A DNA stretch of 63,704 nt, the filler included, from Octopus bimaculoides (lineage: Eukaryota): assembly GCF_001194135.2 (NCBI RefSeq). It is 6 parts of 5 records of this genome, joined end to end, with 100 filler letters (N's around TTAATTAATTAA, not from the genome) between each part and the next. Parts side by side here need not be neighbours in the genome. Positions count along the whole stretch, not along the records: positions 37,947 to 51,930 come from NC_068981.1; 5 more parts are not named here. One strand, written 5' to 3'. Under the pieces are notes generated by a model, which had not been told where the DNA came from, ran no database searches, and was given only the letters and a program-made list of their open reading frames with translations. Below are positions 39,085 to 51,127 of the stretch, one piece after another; the first letter of the stretch is position 1; each line of letters opens with the position of its first letter. A program made the position numbers and the translations under genes.

Positions 39085-39122
39085 TTGCCTTGGCGGAGGT
39101 ATGCGCTCTTTGAGTGCTCTTG
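39085..39122 (+). mobile_element. Probable 3' hairpin end of a HINE/Helentron-type element
   Basis: ccttggcggaggtatgcgctctttgagtgctctt contains the stem gcgctc/gagtgc. The motif is recalled from non-autonomous Helitron-like elements and was not verified. Confidence 0.35.
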
Positions 39123-39859
39123 CTGTTATAATTTTTAAGGAAGTTTCTTTCTTATATAAACTACGTAATTTTAATTATTAATCTTTAACTTTTAGTAATG
39201 ATTATTATAAATAATTCATTTGATAAAATTTATAATATTATTTCCTATCTGACTAGAGATGATATAACACCTTGAATATATTGTGCTACTTTCCTATAGA
39301 TAAATAGCGTGTTATTATAAAAACATGTATTTTAATATGAAAGAATGAAAGAGATATTTCTTATTTAGCCATGGTCTTTTTTGAATAGTTTTTAAATTTG
39401 TTTCTGGTATATAAAAACTAATACGCTACTATATATTTAGAATGCAATACTTAATAGCATTCAAATATATTTTAAGACCGTTATACTGGTTTATTTTTTT
39501 AATTTTTATCTTTGTTTTCGTTTTCTAATTAATAACGCTCACGCTTGTAAAACAAATAGATTTAAATTCAGTCTTATTGGATATGTGAATCCTAATGCAC
39601 ACAAGAAATTACACTGAGGAGATTCTTGGCCAAACAAAATCAATAAATTTTTATAATTTTATTATGGCCGAGAATTGAAATATTTGTATGTGATTTATAT
39701 TTAACATTTATTACTTATTATATTGTAAATATAATATAGTATACTATTATGCTAATAAATTTTAAATTTAAATTTTTGAATTGCCAATTGTTATACATCT
39801 TCATTTTCTATTCATTTATATATGTGTGTGTGTGTGTGTGTGCGTGTGTGTGTGTACAT

Positions 39860-40020
39860 ATAAACGATGTGTTTCTTTCAGTTCTCTATTAAATCCACTT
39901 ACAAGACTTTGGTCGGCCCGAGGCTATAGTAGAAGAGCCGTGCCCAAGATGTCACGTAGTTGCACTGAACCTGGAACCATGTGGTTGAGAAGCAAGCTTC
40001 GCACCACATAGGCACGCCCG
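39860..40020 (-). mobile_element. SINE family B head half
   Basis: Reverse complement: gtggtgcgaagcttgcttctcaaccacatggttccaggttcagtgca...cttgggcacggctcttctactatagcctcgggccgacc. Confidence 0.75.
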
Positions 40021-41533
40021 TGTATATGTATATATATATATATATATGTATATATNNNNNNNNNNNNNNNNNNNNNNNNNNNNNNNNNNNNNNNNNNNTT
40101 TTTTTTTTTTGAAACTCTTACTATTCTATCATAACGAAACTTACCCCAAAACATGATCATCCTTTGCATCTTTTATTTGATACCTGAAGAGGACAACATC
40201 CTGTGATGTGTGTGTGTGTGTGTGTGTGTGTGTGGTTATTGACTAAGCCACAGTTGCTGAAGCGAATGAGGTGATATTCAAGTCAAAATATATTCTCGGA
40301 AAATATTTACCATTTACAATGCTTTATGAAACACTCAGCCGAAATCAATTTTTACCAACGTAACCCTTAGGTTATTTCGCATTTTCATTGCAAGCGAATT
40401 CTCTCTCATCAAAAATGTTAGTATCTTCCTCTTCTTTCAGAGTTGAGTAGCAAATCTAAACAAGACAGTATCAATAACGAAGTGCAATCTTTTATATCTG
40501 ACTTCACATCGAAAGTACTTGTTAGAGACACAGAAAAATGATAATGTCCGCCGGTATTTAGTTACAATATGGGATTTTCTTATTTCAAATACTGCCGATG
40601 TTTTATTCATCCAGTCAATTTAATATTCCTAGAAATGATGATAGATGTGAATATAATTATGACAGAAGACTAAAGACTTTTGCTTTCATCCATCCGGGGG
40701 TTTAATTAAATACTAGGAATATACTGTGTTTGATTTAATAGGTTTATATCTGGTTCTTTACCCAGATAAACTAATTCATGGTTTGTTTGTTTGTTCAGCA
40801 TTGAAATGTCTAAAAGTCAACATGATTTCTACAGTAGTAGTGATTTATTACGTTAGGGTTATCAAGTCGATACCAAACCCTTTTAATTGTTTATATAATC
40901 GCTGCTGCAATTACGAGGTATGTGTGTGTGTGTGTGTGTGTGTNNNNNNNNNNNNNNNNNNNNNNNNNNNNNNNNNNNNNNNNNNNNNNNNNNNNNNNNN
41001 NNNNNNNNNNNNNNNNNNNNNNNNNNNNNNNNNNNNNNNNNNNNNNNNNNNNNNNNNNNNNNNNNNNNNNNNNNNNNNNNNNNNNNNNNNNNNNNNNNNN
41101 NNNNNNNNNNNNNNNNNNNNNNNNNNNNNNNNNNNNNNNNNNNNNNNNNNNNNNNNNNNNNNNNNNNNNNNNNNNNNNNNNNNNNNNNNNNNNNNNNNNN
41201 NNNNNNNNNNNNNNNNNNNNNNNNNNNNNNNNNNNNNNNNNNNNNNNNNNNNNNNNNNNNNNNNNNNNNNNNNNNNNNNNNNNNNNNNNNNNNNNNNNNN
41301 NNNNNNNNNNNNNNNNNNNNNNNNNNNNNNNNNNNNNNNNNNNNNNNNNNNNNNNNNNNNNNNNNNNNNNNNNNNNNNNNNNNNNNNNNNNNNNNNNNNN
41401 NNNNNNNNNNNNNNNNNNNNNNNNNNNNNNNNNNNNNNNNNNNNNNNNNNNNNNNNNNNNNNNNNNNNNNNNNNNNNNNNNNNNNNNNNNNNNNNNNNNN
41501 NNNNNNNNNNNNNNNNNNNNNNNNNNNNNNNNN

Positions 41534-41582
<49 letters not shown>

Positions 41583-41656
41583 ATACATATATGTATGTGT
41601 GTATGTACGTATGTGTTTATCTACGTATGTGTATATTTAAGTATATGTAGTGTGTG

Positions 41657-41694
<38 letters not shown>

Positions 41695-41837
41695 ATACAT
41701 ACCTGACAAGTCATATGGTTACTGTCATTATATCAGATTCCCCACTTAAAAGAAAATCAAAATGAGGGACACCATTCAAATGAACAAACACACTCATAGC
41801 AATCGCTAAGTTATTTATTTAATCAACCCACTGAAAC

Positions 41838-42129
41838 TAGTATACTTCTGAAATAAATGTCTTCAGAATAACGGAAGATTCAACTGAACAGAAAAAATTA
41901 TCGTATAGTGATAATTTTAGTTTGAAATTATTAGTTTTTTTTGTGTTTCTCACTGTACATTCTATTGTTAATAAAGTGGTGTTCATTATAATATATCGCC
42001 CTTCCTTGTCTATTTTATGCATCCCTTTTATTTGTATAGTGTTTTAAAACAATTTCCTTGTCAACGGAAAGTTCAGAATAACGGCATCTCAAATCAACAA
42101 AATTGCCGTTATTTGGGAAGCTTACTGTA
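41838..42129. mobile_element. Possible Tigger-like MITE
   Basis: Degenerate inverted ends tagtatacttctgaaataa and ttatttgggaagcttactg|ta; internal ttcagaataacgg occurs twice. Confidence 0.4.
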
Positions 42130-42545
42130 TGATACTAGAAACGTGAAATCGGTATTTACATAATGTGTTTCGTTTGTATTTGCTCTGCAAATATTTTAAT
42201 AGTTATTAAGTATATTTAAGTATGCAAGAAAGATAACGTTTTCAAAATAGAGCAAATGTTATGGATGTTTTTTAGTGTTTTTTTATGCTTCTCGTCAATT
42301 TTTGTATATTTCGGCCATCAAGATTAAAATCTGGCATAACCTTCTGCTTCACTAAAATCTTTCCATTAATTCCATATTCTGAGTACTTATATAGATAAAC
42401 ACTTCTACACATACACAAACACACACACAGACACATGCACACACGCACACATACATACATACATACACACATGCATATATGCCTATATATGTATGTATAT
42501 ATACATACACACATATACACACATACACACACACACACACACACA

Positions 42546-42583
<38 letters not shown>

Positions 42584-42679
42584 CGCATATATGTATGTAT
42601 ATGTATATATATATACATTATATATATACATATATATATACATTATATATATACATATATATATACATTATATATATAC

Positions 42680-42735
<56 letters not shown>

Positions 42736-43039
42736 GCATACATATATGAATATATATATACACATATATGTATTTATACAAATATAAATTATACAGACAT
42801 ACGTACATACATACATACATGCATACATACAGCCGATTTGGCCTCTTTCACATATTGGATACTGCATAAACATTTCAACATTTAAAAGCACCTACCCATA
42901 TAGACTGAAATCTACATAAAATTAGCTGCTTAATTGTATAGTCACATGACAATTTAGGTTAATTTACAAGCCAAATTAAACCGAATCGTATACAAAATCA
43001 CATAATTTTGAATTGCGGCTATGATAGATTGTGTTTCAT

Positions 43040-43230
43040 ATCACACTGGATATTGAAACTGGAGAACGTCTCCTTTGGGTGGGGCTCCTACAAGGTGGTG
43101 CGTTGTACCCTTTATATTTGACATGGTACTGGACTATGCGCCCCTGATGAGAAACTGAACCTCATTATCACACCAAGGAAGACCAGAGAGCTAGTTGGGT
43201 GACACTAATTGACCTGGAAAACAAAAACCG
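43040..43230 (+). pseudogene. Degenerate RTE-clade reverse transcriptase fragment
   Basis: ITLDIETGERLLWVGLLQGGALYP, frameshift, FDMVLDYA...LNLIITPRKTR...VTLIDLE. This resembles the RTE pattern GETxxFxIxAGVLQGDTLAPxLFxxVLDY...TxxPRRSR...LTDLDFADD. Confidence 0.5.
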
Positions 43231-43461
43231 AGAAATCGAATAGATGGACTAGAACGCTCTTGGCCACAACTAACTCAAAAATGTTTCAGGTGCTCTTCTG
43301 AAGCTAGGTTTTTTGTTGCTGTTTTTTGTTTTGCTTTTGTTTTTTTTTATTTGTTTTTTGTACTTCGTATCATTCATAGTGAATTCGGAAAGACATTAAT
43401 ATGTGCAAAGGCCTTGTCTGGAATAATGCTCATTGATATAAAGTATTTATGGACCTACTAT

Positions 43462-43802
43462 TGTATAGTGAAACTGTACACCCTTCACGGTAAAAAATGG
43501 TAGTAGCAAGCCATTATAAATAGACCAGTAGCCGATCGATAGGATAAGGTCGAGTAAGGTCGAGAGTACGTGTAGACTGTGTTGATAGTCGTGTCTGTGC
43601 TGATATAATAATTATACTGTGATACTGAGTGAACGTTATAACAATCCAACCTTTTGAGGATAATAAAACTATTACGAGTGGAGGTCATACAGTGTCAGAT
43701 AGAACCATTCTATCGACGACTTCGGAATAATACAATATCTGTCAGAGCGGCAACCGTCGTCATAAGATAGATACATCAGTGGCAAAAGACCGCTTTACAA
43801 CA
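43462..43802 (+). repeat. 5' LTR (341 bp)
   Basis: tgtatagtgaaac...tttacaaca. About 28 substitutions versus the 3' LTR by manual count, plus a 10-bp tandem duplication (taaggtcgag, 43545-43564) and a 1-bp indel. TATA-like tataaata near 43514. Confidence 0.95.
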
Positions 43803-43803
43803 G

Positions 43804-43815
43804 TGGCGACGAGGA
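43804..43815 (+). promoter_or_regulatory. Primer-binding site, complementary to the tRNA-Ser(GCU) 3' end
   Basis: TGGCGACGAGGA lies 1 nt after the 5' LTR. Metazoan tRNA-Ser(GCU) ends ...UCCUCGUCGCCA (from memory). Confidence 0.85.
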
Positions 43816-43942
43816 AAAACAAATTTGTGCGGAGTGGAAAAAAAAAAAACATTCGCACGGAGAGTTTAATTCACGTGGAGAATTAAATAGCTCGGCAAAA
43901 AAGAAACAAAAATCTTGTGCAAACTTACGAAAATCGTAAAAT

Positions 43943-44787
43943 ATGGAAGACTTGTTAGCTGGGATAATTGAGTTGCAAAAACAGCAACAACAACAACTCG
44001 AGGAGCAACGAGATCAACAACACGGATATGGCAGCAAATGTTACACTTAATGAAATTGATAACCAATCCGAAGAATACATTTTCACCTGACCATGTGGAA
44101 AATTCCACAAGCGAATTCAAATATGACCCCAAAGAAGGAGTAACCTTCGAGGTTTACTTTCGAAGATTTCAACAAATCTTTGAAAAGGTATATCAGGATT
44201 GGACGGACGATATGAAAACGCGTTGACATTTTGTGCAAAATATTTAGTGAAAAGAACTCACTGTTTAATACTAGATGGAAATGTTTAAATATAGAAAAGA
44301 GCGAAGATGAAGACTTCACTACTTACGCACACAGAGTCAACAAAGAATGTGAAAAATTCAGGCTAGACATGCTTACTCCAGATTCTTTCAGGTGTTTGAC
44401 TTTTGCACAAGGATTGACAGATAGAAGGGATGCAGAAATCTGAACAAGAATTCTATCAAAACTGGAAATGAACCAGGATTTAACATTGCAGAAACTGTCG
44501 GAAAAGTGTGACAAGATATTAAAATTAAGGCATGACACGGAAGAAATTCAACGGAAAGAGTGTTTCCACATAAGACCAATGCAAAAAGTCGGAAGACAAA
44601 GTGTTGCAGAAAAAAAAAACAGAAAAAATATCGGGATGCAGATCTATGTCTTGCATGTGGTGGGATGCACATGATAAAAGATTGTTCGGATAAAAAAGCA
44701 AAGTGTTTCTCCTGCGGGTTTGCAGGACATATAAAATCGTACTGTAAAATTAGAATGATAGGAAAATGGAACAAACAAGGAAAATGA
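43943..44787 (+). pseudogene. gag: Gypsy gag (frameshifts and stops) with two CCHC zinc knuckles
   Basis: MEDLLAGIIELQKQQQQ...FKYDPKEGVTFEVYFRRF...FNTRWKCLNIEKSEDEDFTTYAHRVNKECEKF...FRCLTFAQGL..RRDAEI; knuckles CLACGGMHMIKDC and CFSCGFAGHIKSYC (44647-44745). Confidence 0.9.
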
Positions 44788-44819
44788 ATAGTTTGTCAGC
44801 AGAAAAGTTGTGACTACAA

Positions 44820-45905
44820 CAAACAGAAAATTCGTGAATGTAAGAATTGAAAATACTAGTATCAGAATGCAATTAGACACGGGAAGCAACATCACAATCA
44901 TAAATAAGTAAACATGGGAACAAATGGGTGAACCAAAATTAAGTGGCTCGAACAAAATAGCGTACGGTGTTACGGGAAGAAAATTATATTTCATGGGCGA
45001 ACACGTTTGTAATATAATGTTTAAAGGTCGAACCAAAAAAGTGAATGTTTGTGTGTTGAAAATCCATGAATTTATTTGGCACCTAAGGTATGGAGAAATT
45101 TAATTTCTGGGTAACATCCATGAGCGCTTTATGCAATAACGTAAACGGAGCAGTCAAACGATCGAGCGAGGTCGACGAACTGAAACAAAAAAAATGTGAT
45201 GTGGAACGTCGTGCAGTAACTCTGAAAGAAATAAAAAGAAATGCGAGATATGACAAATTTATTAATGAGACAAAAAGAAAATTGTGGTCGACAAAAGGAA
45301 ATAAAGAAAGGTCTGATGAAAAGAACCACCAAGATGTGAATGTGTACTCCATATGTGATGAACCTTGGCTGAAAGTGAAACTACCATCGTCCCGATTGCA
45401 TATCGATTTTGCTGGCCCTGCAAATGGATATTATTACTTAATAGTAGTAGACAGCTACACAAAATGACCTGAGGTTGCGAGGTGTAAACAACCAACTTCA
45501 TATATGGTAACAAACTTACACGAGCTGTTCGCAAGATTTGATTTACCGGATATAATTGTCTCTGATAATGGAACACAGTTTGTATCCTGTGAGTTTAAAA
45601 GATTCTGCGAGATGTTCACGTTAGAAGATACAACTATAGCACCGTATTACACTAGATCGAACGGAAGGGCCGAACGGTTCGTGAACACTTATAAGAGAGC
45701 TTTAAAGAAAGCTAATAAGCAAAGGAACGAGATCGCAATCCAACAATTCTTAAGGGTATATAGGGTAACTCCGAACCCAAATGCGCCAGAAGGAAGAACA
45801 CCAGCAGAATTAATGTTTGCCAAAAAGGTGAAGTCAGTATTCGATAAACTGTTACTAGAGAAGAAAAAACACGTGCTAATAAAGACATGCCTAAATTCTT
45901 TATAA
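44820..45905 (+). pseudogene. pol: Gypsy pol remnant: aspartic protease joined to the integrase core (RT, RNase H and HHCC absent)
   Basis: QLDTGS (LDTGS at 44873-44887); RLHIDFAGP...LIVVDSYTK*PEV...IVSDNGTQF-(35 aa)-AERF gives an intact D,D(35)E; RVTPNPNAPEGRTPAELMF. Confidence 0.92.
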
Positions 45906-46276
45906 TAAGTGATAAGGTATATGTAAGAATGTACAAAAACGGTAAGCAATGCTGAGAAAGAGAAGTTGTAACATACATAGGAATAATGATGTATGGTGTA
46001 AGAAGTAAAAATGGAATAATAGAAAGGGGACATAGAAATCTGCTTAAGAAAAGTCATAACAAAGGAACCAACAAGAATAGAAATACCGATGCATTGGCTA
46101 TATGACACTTTTCTCATTCTAACACTGTTATAAGAAGTCGAAACCACACGTACAAGGAAAAGGAAGAACGCTGAATTCCTAGAAGTAAACCCTCAGAAGA
46201 AAATATATTAAGTATATATTTAAAAAAAGGAGGATGTAGGATGAATAAAAGAAATTGATGTTAAATTTAAAAAATT

Positions 46277-46287
46277 AAAAGGCGAGA
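46277..46287 (+). promoter_or_regulatory. Polypurine tract before the 3' LTR
   Basis: aaaaggcgaga directly precedes TGT at 46288. Confidence 0.8.
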
Positions 46288-46617
46288 TGTATAGTGAAAC
46301 TGTACATCCATCCCGGTAAAAAATAGTAGTAGAAGCCATTATAAATATACCAGCAGCTGATCGACAGAAGAAGGTCGAGGGTACGTGTAGACTGTGTTGA
46401 TAGTCGTGTCTGTGCTGATATAGTAATTATACTGTGATATTGAGTGGACGTTATAACAATCCAACCTTTTGAGGATAATAATACTGTTACGACTGGGGGT
46501 CGTACAGTGTCAGATAGAACCATGCAATCGACGACTTCGGAATAATACAATATCTGTCAGAGCGACAACCATCGTCAAAAGACAGATACAGCAGTGGCAA
46601 AAGACCACTTTACAACA
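46288..46617 (+). repeat. 3' LTR (330 bp)
   Basis: Direct repeat of 43462-43802, about 90% identical, with TG...CA ends. Confidence 0.95.
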
Positions 46618-47459
46618 TCTAATTCTCCAATAAGGTTATCTTCATAGCCGAGATCTTGGATCCTTACAAAGTCTATAACCAAACCTTTCACCGTAGCCGT
46701 TGTCCTAAAATACTCCGGACATCCGTCAGCATCTACTAGATACAGAAGTGATCAATAAACAATTCAACGTGACATCTGCCAGTTGACTAAAAGGAGAGCA
46801 GGCAGACAACTGTAACATCCAGAATTGCCTGCTTGCTAAGTTACCATTTGGTAACCGACCCATGGGAGGTAGAACCGTAAGTGGCTTTCCCAGAACATGA
46901 TTAATAACCTAATGGAGAATAGTAATCGGACTGCTGAACTCAGGTCACTGACGCTAGAACAGGATATTTGACGTATCCATCATTGTGCGCGGTAGACGTG
47001 CAGGTTGTAGACGAAAGAAAAAATATAGACTTCGTGAAAAGATGAAAGAAACACGTAAGGAGGAAAGAAACATGAAAGGATGAAAGAAACAAAAAATGAA
47101 AAATAAGTGAACACTGATCTTAAATTGATTTTAGTTGTACCAGTTACATTACGTCATATTTCGAAGGTTATGCTTTTATAAACGAAGAGCAAGATATAGC
47201 TACGAAATGCTTATTGAACTAAAGAGACAGTAAAGGCCTTTAGAGCTTTAAGTGGTGACCGAAAGTGTCAAGTCACATATCTTTCGATGCTATACTGCAC
47301 AATGTCAGTAATGTTGACGTTTTTATTAGAAAACAATACACAACACCACTCGTATGACAAACTGCTTAGGATAAATGCAAAAAATGCTTCTCATAATGAA
47401 TATATTCATACATTACAACACAAAGAATATTCGTAAAACATCCCCATAAGAACTTCCTA

Positions 47460-47613
47460 TAAATGAAATAATTTATCTGCTGGGTAATTGACATTCACAA
47501 AGGTACATAGTTTTTGTTTTCCAGACAACAAGAGGCGCCTCTTGTTGTCTGGAAAACAAAAACTATGTACCTTTGTGAATGTCAATTACCCAGCAGATAA
47601 ATTATTTCATTTA
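47460..47613. repeat. Perfect 154-bp palindrome (77-bp arms, no spacer)
   Basis: Checked base by base; centre gaggc|gcctc between 47536 and 47537. Confidence 0.97.
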
Positions 47614-48055
47614 GAACTAGTGAGAAACAGAATGTATGTGGTCAACTTTTCGAATGTACAACTTCTCTATACAGTTTATAACTGTACAAGTGTACCCATA
47701 ATTATTATTGTTAATGATCATGTTTTTATGTGTTTAAGTAATCGTCAGGCAAAGATGGGGTTTTTAAACTTGCAAAATAAACTTAGTTGTATTTTGCGAA
47801 TTCAGTCTACGAGTAAATTTTAGAATATGCAAAACTTGTTAGAAATTTATCGTGTAACTCTTGCCTGTTATTATTTCTATCTAAATTAAGGCGGTGAGCA
47901 GGCAGAACCGTCGAAATGCTGGTGGACTTGCGAAATTTATTGTTCTAAACAATAACGAAATAAGAAAAAACGTTAATAAAAAAGGCTAAATTGAAAACGG
48001 TCGTGCCTTCGATATAATATGTTTGAAATAACAGCTACCCTTCAGAGAGACAAAC

Positions 48056-48087
<32 letters not shown>

Positions 48088-50139
48088 TTATTTCATTTTC
48101 TGAATATCAAATTCTAGTCTCAAGATATTGCTCAATCCAAAGCTATGATAGAAAACATTTGCTAAAGATGTCGCGTATTACAATCGACCCCCGAGTCACT
48201 TGGTTCCGAAGTGAATTTGTGAAACATATACGCAAGCACGAGTTTCGCTGGCTGCGATGTCAAACAACCAAATAAGAAGCATTTTCGTTGACGTAATACT
48301 TATAGCTGTATCACTCCATAAGTTAAATTATTATCGTTTTATGACAATAGAGTATAGTCATAATTCAACTGTGGATAGCAAGCTGCGTCGACTGGAAAAT
48401 TTCGTGACTTTTTTTTTTAGATATTTCCTTTGCAATTTTCTTCTGAATCACGTAATTATGTTATCAACATTCAATATTAAGACAGAATAATTGTTGTTGT
48501 CATTGTTGTGGTGATGGGGTTGGTGGTGTTGGGTTCTGGTGCTGGCGGTGTTTTCAGACACAACAGTTTGTTTCCTATAGTCTTATACAGAACATTTGTA
48601 ATCTTTCTGACTAGTTCTCTCTCCCCTCTCCCTCTCTCTGTAGCTTTTATTGTTTTGTTATATAATTTTCCTTTAGCTCCTGTTTCCCATCCAACACCAC
48701 CACCTCCTCCTCCTCCTCCTTCTTCTTCTTCTTCTTCGTCACCCTCTTTATCATCATCATCACCATCATTATCATTATCGCCGTGAATAGTCACGTTTCA
48801 CAGTCCTCCGTGTTGAAGATGTTTTGTTCTAACATTACCGTTTTTTTCTTTACTAATAAATGGCTTTGAAACGTTTACCCCATACAATGACGTAGATGAA
48901 AAGTTTATCTTTATACATTTTTAAAGCTATTTAACGGTTTTGACATTTGTAATATTTGCACGTTACAAGATGGCTGCCCCAGAAGTAGAAACAAAAGGTG
49001 CTTTACCACAGTTGCAGAAGCTATATCATAAACAAACACGATCCAATTATATTAATCAAACTGACAGACGGAACTTCGAACTGATACATTTGTACACGTA
49101 TCATAACAAAAGACAAGCGCAAAAAAGCTTTAATTATAAAAAAAAAAAACTAAAACAGGATAAAATGCATCAGTATTATTAACATTTCATCGTCTGTTAA
49201 GGTTGTGGAATAAGGGGGTGGTGACCTAGTGAACGGAAAAACAGAAAGTTAGTTATGTCCCAAAGGACAGCGTCTCGTTGTCCTGCTAATTCTTCTAGAA
49301 ATAGGGTAGAAAGGAAAGTTACGTGCCTGTTTTTCAAACAATGGGTTGTGGCCAGTTTCCCCGTGAAAGATAATTTAGAGGCTACTCTTCTTTAGTGTGA
49401 AATAGAATGTGTGATTCACCAACAAAGGTGCAACATACGAACGTGTGTTGTCTAGTCTTTATGATTGATGGCAAAACGTTAATGACAAATTTCTGTTACT
49501 GTTTATAGGTTTGAGAAATACGGGAATCACAGCCAAAGATAATGGTACTAACCTCGATCCTTGGTTTGCTGTTACCTCTTTGAAACATTACAGGCATTTA
49601 ACGAGCGCAAGGGTGAACCACATTAACGTTTGATCTGTATGGGCAACTAAATTTTTATGATCTACGAAATCAACAAGAACATCCAGGAATTAAACCGACT
49701 GAAAGTTGATTAAACAGGTAATAAAGAGAAGGCATTATGTACTATTAACAACGCTTGAAGGATTACTTACGTAGAAGAAAAGCTGAAAATAGAGGAGAGG
49801 CAACAACAACATATTTTAGATATAAGAACATGGTTTCAGCTACCGCTGTTCCTAGTGTACAATCAGCTACAGCATCAAGGACAAACAGTTCAAATAAACG
49901 AAATTGTACCATTGCTTTGTCCTTCAAACACTGGAGACTAATAACCATGCTCTGACTACAACATCAGTCATGCGCTGACATACTCTTCTATGAAATGAAA
50001 CATACTATGACTATGGAGTATGGCTTCAGCTACAAATCTCCTCCCCAGCACAGAACCGAAGAAAGGCTGCTCGTAACAGTACGTTCTCATCACCTTGTAA
50101 TGATGGAGAGATGAAAACTAGAGAAGGGTGGAAATTGTC

Positions 50140-50830
50140 GAAGACAGTGAGCTGACAGGATTGTTAGAATGCTAGACAAATTGCTTAGCAGCATTTCTTC
50201 CATCTTTACGGTCTGAGTTCAAATTCTACCCAGCTCGTCTTTGCTTTTCATCCTTTCGGGTTAATAAAATAAGTACCAGTCGTGAACTGGGTCGATGTAA
50301 TCGACATACCCCTCTCCTAGAATTGCTGGCTTTGTGCCAAAATTTGAAATCATTATCATTATTGCGGCTACTATCCTTCTGCCGTTGTTATTAGAGACTG
50401 GAATTAAGAGAGTGCTTAGAGGGTCGGATAAAGTCTTGGAGTATTTTTTCAGGGTATTTTACATCCTGATTTCAAGTTTCACCGCAGTCGTCTTTGTATT
50501 TCATCTTGCCACTTTGATAAAATGAAGTGTTTGTCAAACACTTGGATCATGATATCAAATAAAACCCTTCTCTCAAAATTGCTAGTCTTATTTCAAAATA
50601 ACTGGAATTTGAAGAGGCGAGTATGCAGAATCATCAGGCGTCGGAGAAAATGCTTAGTAGCATTTGTTCCGGCTTTTATGTTCTGAGTTCAAATCTCGCA
50701 GAACTCAACTTTGCTTTTCATCCTCCGAGGTCGACTATATAAAGTGCCAGTCAAGTACTGGAGTCGATATATTTGACTAACACCGCAACAGGCTTACTGG
50801 CCCTGTTCCAAAAATTGAAACAAATATTGT
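50140..50830 (+). mobile_element. Two diverged SINE family A copies (about 50140-50360 and 50610-50830)
   Basis: Heads gtgagctgacagga and ggcgagtatgcagaatc, tctgagttcaaat B box, tttgcttttcatcc core. Confidence 0.75.
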
Positions 50831-50838
50831 TATTATTA

Positions 50839-51127
50839 TTAATCCGCGTTCGTAAGCGAAAGCAGGGTATTGTAGTCACTCATCTTTGTCTGCTTGTCTG
50901 TGTGCTTGCAAAACTACTGAAAAACGGCTGAACGGATTTTCACCAAATTTGGCAGAAATATTCAAAGAGTGAGTGGATCGGGATGATAAAAATTTGGTTT
51001 GAGTATCCTCAAAACTGGCGGACGGGTGAATCAAAGAGTTTTGACAGTGCAGATTCTTTGAGAATGAATTTATGTGCACGCAGGGTATGCATCGTTTTGG
51101 CATGTTCTCACCACAAGAATCTATTAG
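50839..51127 (+). mobile_element. HINE/DINE-1-like non-autonomous Helentron element
   Basis: 5' hairpin ccgcgttcgtaagcgaaagcagggtatt, then a (TGTC)-like tract, aaaacggctgaacggattttcaccaaattt, and a 3' gcagggtatgcatcg. Confidence 0.5.

Larger units (their letters stand above)
43462..46617 (+). mobile_element. Ty3/Gypsy LTR retrotransposon (Mag/K02A2.6-like), internally deleted, non-autonomous, 3156 bp
   Basis: Two TG...CA LTRs, PBS, PPT, and gag-protease-integrase relics in Gypsy order. No RT/RNase H motifs and no perfect TSD (actat versus tctaa). Confidence 0.95.

Noticed and set aside
43457-46622. Target-site duplication of the Gypsy element
   Set aside because: The flanks actat and tctaa match at only 3 of 5 positions, so no TSD is claimed.
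46620-47000. Possible minus-strand RT relic (RIQDLGYEDNL resembling DLDYADD)
   Set aside because: A single degenerate motif; the neighbouring RT motifs could not be placed convincingly.
48477-48794. Acidic/Gly-rich ORF (DDDDKEGDEEEEEGGGG)
   Set aside because: Translation of (CCT)(CTT)(ATC) triplet repeats.
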